A DNA stretch of 18,326 bases. Origin: Ginkgo biloba. Taxonomy: Eukaryota; Plantae; Ginkgophyta. The position numbers and the translations under genes were made by a program. The stretch's first letter is position 1. Each line of letters starts with the position of its first letter. The notes under the pieces are model-generated. The model worked only from the letters and a program-made list of their open reading frames with translations. It made no database searches and was not told the origin of the DNA. The DNA is taken from positions 138,666,178 to 138,684,503 of the forward strand of contig JANKJI020000002.1 in NCBI GenBank assembly GCA_024626585.2, given 5' to 3'. This document shows, in pieces, positions 9,985-18,326 of this stretch.

Positions 9985-11527
9985 GGTTTATCATCTGATG
10001 GTTGTTGTTATTACAAGAGTTTGATATTGAGATCTTTGATAAACCTAGGCATGCTAATCTGGTAGCATATCACCTCTCATGAATACCAAATCTTCCCACT
10101 AACGAACCATTGGAGGATTCCTTCCCAATTGAACACTTTTTTGCTATAATTGTATCTGCTTCATGGTATGTAGATATAGCAAACTATGTAGCAATTGGTG
10201 TTCTTACCCAACATCTTTTTCGGAATGAGAGAAAATAGGTAGTCCGAAAAAGTGCAGCTTAGACTTGGGTTGAAGGCTATCTTTACAGGCTTGGACTAGA
10301 TAATGTCCTTTGTTGATGTCTCTGTGAAGATGATATCTTCGATGTTTTGAAGGTTGCTCATGATGAACCATGTGGAGGGCATTTTGCAGCTTGAAGGGCT
10401 GCTTACAAAATCTTGTACATTGGCTATTGGTGGCCCACCCTTTTTTAAGGACTCCAAGAAGTATACTTGGACCTGTAGTCTCTGCCAACGAATGGGAAAA
10501 CCTATCAAGAGAAAAGCTATGCCATTATATCTTGTAATAGTACTTGAGCCATTTGAAAAGGGGGTTTGGATTTTGTTGGACCCATAACACCAGTTTCCAA
10601 GAAAAATCATAAACATGTTTTGATTTGCATAGACTATGTTATGAAGTGGGCTGAAGTAGGCTCAATTCACAAAGAAAATGCAAAAAATATTGCCATATTC
10701 TTATATGAAGAGATTTTTCTCTCGTTTTTGAACACCTAGAGAACTCGTTAGTGATTGAGGGTCCTCGTTTGTCAATAAGGTCATTGAAGTCCTGACAAAT
10801 GAATATGAGATTCGTCATCGCAAATCTACCCCCTATTATCTGCAGTTAATGGATAGGCAGAAGTTACAAATCGAGAGTTGAAGAACATCCTCACTAAAAC
10901 ATTTCAGAACAATCGACGAAATTGGGGTGACCATTCGCCCGAAGTTGTATGGGCATATTGTGTTACTTGGAAGAGCACAACTGGATTCACCCCTTTCGCG
11001 CTAGTTTATGGTAAGCTTGTTGTTTTTCCTATTAAATTTGAAATTAAGGCTTTAAGAGCAACTATCCAGTTGGGGATTCCCTTGTTGGAAGCACAACAAC
11101 AATGAGGTCTCCAATTGAACGACCTAGAAGATTTTCAGGGCGAAGCTTGGTTGTGAACATAGTTGGTACAACAACAACGAAAGGGTTGGCATGACTAATA
11201 CATTCGATAGAAGACATTTTCATTGGTGATTGGGCCTTACTAGATGATTTTTGATTTGGAGATTTTCCCAACAAATTGCAGATCACAAGCCTTTAAGTAG
11301 GGATGAATTTACCCATAAGCTAGTATCAAGCGTTGATCTCCAACTAGTTTCTATACAGTCTCTTCCCCTATGATTCACATGCACATAACTTTTTGTTAAT
11401 GGCGACTGTCTATATACCTATCATAAGCCTTTAAGTAGAGATGAGTTTATCCATAAGCTAGTATCAAGAGANNNNNNNNNNNNNNGATGATCTCCAGCTA
11501 GTTTCTATACAGTCTCTTCCCCTATGA
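9985..11527 (+). pseudogene. pol: Degenerate Gypsy pol, Athila-like non-chromovirus: RNase H end, HHCC zinc finger, integrase core and C-terminus
   Basis: RNase H end: WLLLLQEFDIEIFDKPRHANLVAYHLS. Then WYVDIANY, AHDEPCGGHF (H codons at 10359 and 10380), GYWWPTLF and CSLCQR (10474-10485). Integrase core: DFVGP, IDYVMKWAE, PRELVSD*GSSF, STPYY, AEVTNRELKNIL and WAY..TTGFTPFALVYGK..PIKFE. The likely pol stop is TGA at 11525-11527. No chromodomain is visible. Confidence 0.93.
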
Positions 11528-11538
11528 TTTACACACAT
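11282..11538 (+). repeat. ~100-bp direct duplication (11282-11386 and 11420-11538)
   Basis: ATCA(C/T)AAGCCTTTAAGTAG..CCATAAGCTAGTATCAAG..TGATCTCCA(A/G)CTAGTTTCTATACAGTCTCTTCCCCTATGATT occurs twice. The second copy contains a short N gap. Confidence 0.9.
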
Positions 11539-11643
11539 ACACACACGCACAACACGCACACGTATGTGCACGTGCACGTGCACACACCTTAGAAAAAAAA
11601 AGAAAAAAATGCCAAAACAAAATAATATATATACATATATATA
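11531..11643. repeat. Degenerate (CA)n, A-tract and (TA)n low-complexity block
   Basis: Directly visible right after the pol stop codon. Confidence 0.85.
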
Positions 11644-12360
11644 CTTTGTTTCACTACCCTCAATATTTTGTGAAGGCAGATACTTTGTTCTGTTACCGTC
11701 AGTATTTTGTGAAGGGAGACACTTTGTTCCACTAACCTCAATATTTTGTGAAGATAGATACTCTATTCTACTACCCTTAGTATTTTATGAAGGGAGATAC
11801 TCTATTCTCCTACCCTCATTATTTCTTGAAGTTAGAATTTTATTATAGTCTACTAAACTCACTATGTTCTAAAGGTGGAATTTCATTATAAGTCTGCTAT
11901 CCTCACTATTTCTTGAAGATAGAGTGTCATTGCTCTTTGCTACCCTCACGATCCTCAAAAGGTGACAATCATTATTCTTTGTTATCCTCACTGTTCCTTA
12001 AAGGTAGGAATTCTTTTGAGTCCTAAACTACTATCCTCACTTTCACCATGTGAACATTCCTTAGTTGCATGTGCTGACCGTTTTTTTTTTTCTCATCTTT
12101 TTTTNNNNNNNNNNNNNNNNNNNNNNNNNNNNNNNNNNNNNNNNNNNNNNNNNNNNNNNNNNNNNNNNNNNNNNNNNNNNNNNNNNNNNNNNNNNNNNNN
12201 NNNNNNAAGGTAGGAACTTTGTGTGCTGCAACCCACCACTGTAAGTATGCTATGGGACTGTTGTTTAGCTATCTACTTTATTGGTCTTGCTACCCTCACT
12301 TAACAATGATGGTGGTATTATTCACCCTCAACTTTTTCTAAGGGTAGAATCCCTTGTGAT
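11642..12360 (+). repeat. Tandem array of dyad-containing units (5x39 bp, about 4x43 bp, then 94-bp-type units) 3' of integrase
   Basis: 39-bp units start at 11642/11681/11720/11759/11798. ~43-bp units start at ~11837/11880/11924/11967. The core is CTACCCTCA-N8-TGAAGG(T/C)AG, e.g. 11654-11679. 12007-12072 matches the reverse complement of 9044-9109, and 12207-12300 resembles the reverse complement of the 94-bp unit. Confidence 0.9.
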
Positions 12361-12909
12361 TGGGATTCTATTTCATGAGAATTATACCATCAGGTGTTGC
12401 CATTTTGAACTATAGGGTAGGAGGATTTNNNNNNNNNNNNNNNNNNNNCTGCGCTAATAGTTGGTTTGAATTTTTGATATAAATTGTGAGTGACCGTCCA
12501 CGATGAAGGGAAAAGCAAGGGAACTTATAGAAGAGAGCCTGAAGAATAGAAACACAGAATTTGAACTAGGAGCAGATAGGACTTTGGACCTACGACGATG
12601 GAAGAAGAAGAAGCACCAACAATGGCTAGTACCCTTATTACACAGGCCCCTCAAAATTTTTGGGTCAGAAAATAACTTTATTCTAGGACACTGGTAGANN
12701 NNNNNNNNNNNNNNNNNNNNNNNNNNNNNNNNNNNNNNNNNNNNNNNNNNNNNNNNNNNNNNNNNNNNNNNNNNNNNNNNNNNNNNNNNNNNNNNNNNNN
12801 NNNNNNNNNNNNNNNNNNNNNNNNNNNNNNNNNNNNNNNNNNNNNNNNNNNNNNNNNNNNNNNNNNNNNNNNNNNNNNNNNNNNNNNNNNNNNNNNNNNN
12901 NNNNNNNNN

Positions 12910-14880
12910 TTCCCATGGGATTGAATATCTATCCTACTCTCCAAGTTTGTTTTCATAAGGGTGCACTCGACCTATCTCCTCAACCCCCATTTTAGATTCT
13001 TTATAGTATGGAAATGGGGAGAATTAGTAGATATGGCATAGTTTTTGTTGGATTCTATCAACAAGAACATTGTGAATTGGAACAGAGGAATTGACAAGGA
13101 CATTAGGCATCAATACCTAATTCAACTTATCATTGATATGGCTCATCAATAGGAACAGAATGCCCCAAAAGCAACAGAGGCCTAGACATTTGTAGTTGGT
13201 CATGTGGGGATATCAACCAGAAGCAAAAGAAGAAGATAAGTTGGAACTTGATGATGTTTCCATGCTTTCAGAAGTAACAGCTATAGCACTCTGCATAATG
13301 AATGAGGAGCTTACGGAGGANNNNNNNNNNTTGAAAGAGAAGGTGAGAGAGCTAGAAGAGCGCGTTGCTAAGGTCGAGGCTTTGAAGGATCAAACAAAAA
13401 AAAATCAAGACCTTGAAGAATAGGTGATCTTATTAAAGAAGCAATTGAGTCATATACAATTGGTAGCACCTTGAGAGCAATGAAGACATAGTTCAGACTA
13501 AAGACATCTCTATGAAGGAGATTGGAGTCTAATGTGGACCTAATTGGTTTATGGATAAAATTGAGATTCATGATGTAGGGGNNNNNNNNNNNNNNNNNNN
13601 NNNNNNNNNNNNNNNNNNNNNNNNNNNNNNNNNNNNNNNTTGGCAAGACTGCAAGCGATAGTACGTAAAATGGAAGTGGAATTGTAGAGGAATGAGTCAT
13701 CCTCCAAGGAAGCCAATGAAAAAATTTCAAGGATGGAAGAGCATATAAGGTATTTGAGCCATGCAGCCGAGATTGCTAAGTTGAGGATAGAAGGCACACA
13801 AGTATCCAAATCCAAGGGGGAAGTTAAGGCTCTGAGTGAGAAATGCTACATCTTGAATGGAGTATGAGGTGTTAAAGCCCTCCTGGAGAAATTGCATAGT
13901 GTAGGGCACCTCCAGAAGTTTATGCATTGATTTATAAGGAGAGAACTTTAGATCTTCAATCGATGTCTTTACTCACCATTGCTTCATTGATTTTTTTTGA
14001 CGTTGATTGGATGGAAGCCCTCTTTGATAGAAGTAACAAGGAAGATAAGAATTTGATGGTTAAGATGCTTTTGGCCAATGATTTGTGCAAGGATTGCCTA
14101 GACTATAATCCAAATTTGATGATGGGGAGTGTCCATTTGAGAGCTCTAATATATTCATATTTAGCTAAAAAGGTATAGGAAAAGTAGTATTATAGGTATC
14201 TATAACTAGAGAAACTTGTTGAATAAATAATCAGGTTGAACATAGTTTATGAAGATATGCTTATAAAATCCCATGAGAAAAAATTATAAGAAGAATCTTG
14301 GAGATAAATATTTAAGGAGAACCTAGATACTATTCTAAATTTTTAAGAAGAAATCATACCATTAGTGGTAGATGAATCTAGGTCAGTTGCAACTGAGGAA
14401 ATGAAGTTAATCCCATTGGAGATAAAGGATAAGGATCCCTATAATACACTCATATACCATTTTGTAATCAAAATAGGACATAGTGTCTTCTTATTCTCAT
14501 ACTTTATTAATTCCATTTTATTTTAGGTGAGGTGAATTGGGTACTATAGAAGATAATAATCCATAGAGAGGTCTTCCTACCCCTATGTTAGAGTATGAAG
14601 GCCCTAGTTTTTGGATCCAAAATGACCTTAGAACAATTCATTCTAATTAAAAGGGACAAACACAAACATAATGGTTTTAGATGGAGGAGGCCAATCAATA
14701 AATGAAAGGAGTATTATAAGGGTTACTAATTTGTAGTTAATTTGGACCTAACCCATAATTAGATAGTTAGATAGAGAACATTGAACTAGAGGAAAAATAA
14801 AGACAACACCCAAGAAAGAATGTAATCAAGTGATGGATGGTGATTCAAAGAGGAATTTGAAGATGAAGTAGGGGGGATAA
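12910..14880 (+). pseudogene. Decayed long ORF with a coiled-coil-like region, probably a retrotransposon extra (env-like position) ORF
   Basis: Long plus-strand stretches are broken mainly by isolated stops: WGELVDMA*FLLDSI..RHQYLIQLII, LKEKVRELEERVAKVEALKDQTKKNQDLEE*VILLKKQL, LARLQAIVRKMEVEL*RNE..KEANEKISRMEEHIRYL, and ORF 13927-14178. The strand is purine-rich and lies downstream of pol in the same orientation. Several gaps weaken the linkage, and the 3' boundary is approximate. Confidence 0.55.
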
Positions 14881-15331
14881 ATTATGGGATCCTTCCTATT
14901 CCACTTTTTCTTGAATTCAAGCTTAATTTATAGTGATCGTGATCTATTCTTTCTATCTAAAAGTCTTACTTATAATAGAATTTTGAGATTTAAAAAATAT
15001 TTGTACTTTTTTAGATAAATCTAATATTCAGTTATTGATACAATGATAAAAAAGTTTAAGAAGTTATTAGCCAAGGAAAATAAGAATATAAAGACGTGTT
15101 TTTACAAACAATATACACCAATTATCATCAAGGATGTAGAGGATCACTTACCTGAAGAATCTATGTTACATGTGGAGGGCTAAGAAGTAGAAGAAGCCAC
15201 AAATCAGTGTTCAACCTATACCCACTAGAATNNNNNNNNNNNNNNNNNNNNNNNNNNNNNNNNNNNNNNNNNNNNNNNNNNNNNNNNNNNNNNNNNNNNN
15301 NNNNNNNNNNNNNNNNNNNNNNNNNNNNNNN

Positions 15332-15802
15332 CCTTATAAATTATCAAAGGTAGATGTCTCTTTTGTAATACAAAAGTACCTTCATAATTATGTGAAGGTA
15401 GACATTAGTTAGGACAAACATGAAGCAGTTGGCCGTTGAGAATCATTGGCCATCACTTGTATAAAGTATTTTTGAATAATAAAGGCAGGCATAAATTTTC
15501 CTCTAAAGGAAGGTTGTTAAAGGCATCGTCGTATACTTTGATGAGAGCTAGGTGGAAGGATCCCCATCCAACACCAAGGCTACTGCCCCATAGATAGATT
15601 TCTTTTGTTTCTTCTTGTTGCAAATTTGTTTTCCTTCTTGTTTGTTTAGCAATTCATCTCTATTTCAATTAGTTTTGTAATAGTAGTAGAAATTCCTTCT
15701 TTCTCTTCATTATTTAATTCAAAACCCGAGTTTGACAAATTAATTAGGAGCAAGTGATCGGAAGAATTACAATCATCGCTTCAATGTGTCTATTTGGGCA
15801 CA
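15332..15802 (+). mobile_element. Possible LTR fragment related to the Athila-like element
   Basis: Contains the array dyad (15377-15400), a TATA-like TATAAA at ~15460 and a T-rich tract at 15598-15720, and ends near ..GGGCACA. The 5' end lies in a gap and there is no second LTR to confirm it. Confidence 0.3.
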
Positions 15803-18326
15803 TTGTTAGTTAGCATCAAGATTTTCACATGGAATATAATATCATTGTGGTTTCATTGGAATATAATATCATTGATAGATTGAACATTCAATTGATACGT
15901 GTTTTATTTTGAGAGTGAGGATTTGAGCTGAAATTCTTTTTACACTTGTTGTAGGACCTACAACAACTAACTAAGCAATTTGAACAATATACATGGTAAT
16001 ATGGCTAGTTGTGTTTCCATTATCTCTGTGGTTTATAGTTGCCTCATATCTTACTCAAAGAATGGTTGTGGGAAGTCCAAAGTCTATTTCTTGCAAAATT
16101 TCTTTGCAAGATCCTTAGGTGCTTTGTGCACATTTGCGTTAGGCTCTTACTTATGGCATCTAATCCATGATGCATCAATTTAGAGATGTTAGTAGCAAAG
16201 AAGAATGTTGCGAATGATTAGATTTAGGAGGATGGAGTTGCCATTATGGCATGATCGAAGATTCCTCCATAGATTTTGAGGGTTAAATCATTTTGGCATA
16301 GTGGACATATTAGTAAATCCAAACGTAAACTTCATACCTAATTGTCATTATTCACACATTGTCAATTGAAAGGAATCAAATGTAGTAGGAGTGAATCGGA
16401 TCTGCACTCAAAGCTTAATTAGGATTCTAGAATGGTTTAAAGTTTAGTTAGGTTTAATGTAGCTAAGTTTTCTCCATTTGGGTCAAGTTTGTGAGAGGAT
16501 TTATGGAGAAAGAGTAATAGATAATGCTACTAGGGTCCCATATCTCTTGTTTTTGGATTTTATAGACTTATCATATTAGCCAAGTCCTTATTTTTGGATT
16601 TAGTCTGTCTTGGTTTCGAGGATTTGAGGTGTCCATCTATTGGATCCTAATTGGGTATTTTTTGGACATTTCCATGAGAAATTTGTCATCCCAAATGAAC
16701 CCACTAGTGTATCCCACTCACTGAAACTGAAAAAGGCAAACTAACACCAAACTAACTAAATTGAATAATTTTTGCATATAAAATTGCTTTTGTTTCTACT
16801 TCCACATTTGCCTCCTATCACCATATTAAGTCTGATTTGGATTGTCAAATATGGTATACCACTTTAATCTTCTATCTCCATTGCGATCAAAAGCCTTATA
16901 TGGGTTCATTTTCCAAGTTAGGGACAAGATGACTCGTAGTCAACTTGCCAACCTACATGTCTCAATCCTATGATGAGGAAACACTTAAATGAAAAATGCA
17001 TGGCTTTGCAAGAATCTCATAAGGGAGCAATTTTTGGTCCATGGGTTTGAAGCCGTGAGCAATTTTTGTTGCTTAGTGTGTCTTCTATCTTGCCCCAACC
17101 ACCTACTCACTCCCTCAAAAGAAAAAAATTTCCTTCATTAGTTGAGCTATTTTATATCTTGTTTTGCATTTTAGCCATCCACATTCCGTGGACATATGTT
17201 GGGTCTTATCTTAGAGAATTACCCCATGATAGCCTTCATTAATCACTTATCAAATTCTAGTTTTTGTTAGACATTTCTAAGATCTCCATAGGACACCCAT
17301 TGAGTTTTTCCTTGTCTATGCCACCCGATACACGACAAAGTTACATGTTGAGTTTCTTCTTGTTTCAAAACCATCACATATTCATCACATATTGAATTGA
17401 GGTTTAGGCTCTTGATGAAAGTGGGGAGTGAGTACGGGTTCAAGAGAAGTAAAGGTTCAATAAACAACATCATGAAAAGCGAGCCTTCCCATATGCAACC
17501 AGTCTCATGAAGTTGTTGGCAAGCCACTGACAACAAAGTTGTCACAAGTAGTGTCTAGCATAAGTAAGGATTCAATACGTGACACCATTAAAGTCTAAGG
17601 CCCCCCTCTCTCTTTATCAAATCTTATATAGTTGTCAACAAATTTGTTGTTGAGGAACGCGACATAAGCAAGGTTTGAGATTGATGTTTAATAGGCGACA
17701 TCATGAAATTCACAACCAATCCATCTCAATGATTCTTATCTACATATTGGCATGCCCTTTGTTGCGAAATGCTATACCTTTGATATATGATGTTATGGAA
17801 GTGGAACCACTCCATCTTTAAGAAGTCTTACATGTAAGCGGGATTTCGATATTCAATGTCGTGAAATTGAGGTTACAATTTCATACCTGAATTACAATCA
17901 ACTCAATGATTATTGTGAGCTATAGAATGTTGGGCTCCTTATTGGATATGTGGATGGTCATTTGACAGTTTAACTCACTCATAGTTGTTTATCATTGATA
18001 ACCTTCATTATTATTCTATTGTGTACGTTCTTGTGGCTGCTACTGTCAACAAAGAAATGAGTATGGACAAAAGCTTGGCTACCTATTTGGGAGGATTTAA
18101 ACTGCCATAGATGTTGCATTATTTGAATCTTCTTTTAGTGATGGAGGCCATGCAGAATTTGTAGAAACCAAATATACATGCAATTGAGCAACCAACAACA
18201 AATAAGGTATTAGTCTAGTGGTCCCCAACAAAGTACTGTTCTATGAATTGGGAGTGTAGTAGGGGTTCCAAGGAGAAGTAACTTCAACATACTATCAAAC
18301 CCTATCATGTAAGGTGGAACCTAATA

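Noticed and set aside
9692-11286. ORFs 9692-9904(+), 9772-9960(+), 10204-10488(-), 10296-10616(-) and 11062-11286(-) as genes
   Set aside because: They are antisense shadows of the integrase relics.
8775-12360. CRISPR array (palindromic repeats with spacers next to an integrase)
   Set aside because: The linkers are homologous to each other rather than unique, the repeats are degenerate, there are no cas genes, and the context is a plant retrotransposon.
8775-12430. DNA transposon or Foldback element with long TIRs
   Set aside because: The arms include retrotransposon integrase sequence and are substantially diverged. No transposase is present, and the termini and any TSD are hidden by gaps.
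1970-13815. ORFs spanning N runs (e.g. 2003-2320, 5262-5603, 7296-7691, 8630-8860, 12678-12956)
   Set aside because: Their length is an artefact of assembly gaps.
14860-14880. Polypurine tract (GAAGTAGGGGGGA)
   Set aside because: It is not followed by a clear TG-initiated LTR, so it cannot be confirmed.
15803-15822. Primer-binding site (TTAGCATCAAG)
   Set aside because: Too diverged from a TGG-initiated tRNA complement, and the LTR end is undefined.

Overview
This is AT-rich eukaryotic DNA from a gapped draft assembly. The transposon lineages point to a land plant, plausibly a large-genome gymnosperm or fern (inference). No intact protein-coding gene, RNA gene or CRISPR array is supported; the window is mostly decayed retrotransposons. 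In order: (1) a Ty3/Gypsy RT relic (~457-1226); (2) a CpG-rich LTR-like block (~1529-2170); (3) a plant L1 LINE ORF2 relic with endonuclease, RT, zf-RVT and RNase H (~2271-6770), interrupted by a non-L1 island (4638-5354) that has a perfect 13-nt match to miR390; (4) two related Athila-like Gypsy 3' halves fused back-to-back at ~9972-9985, giving an imperfect inverted repeat over ~8775-12430; (5) a decayed extra coiled-coil ORF (~12910-14880); (6) LTR-like and unassigned sequence. The most unusual feature lies just downstream of integrase in both copies. It is an array of a conserved dyad, CTACC(C/T)TCA-N8-TGA(A/G)GGTAG, set in 39-, 43- and 94-bp units, and the same dyad recurs ~3 kb away at 15377-15400.
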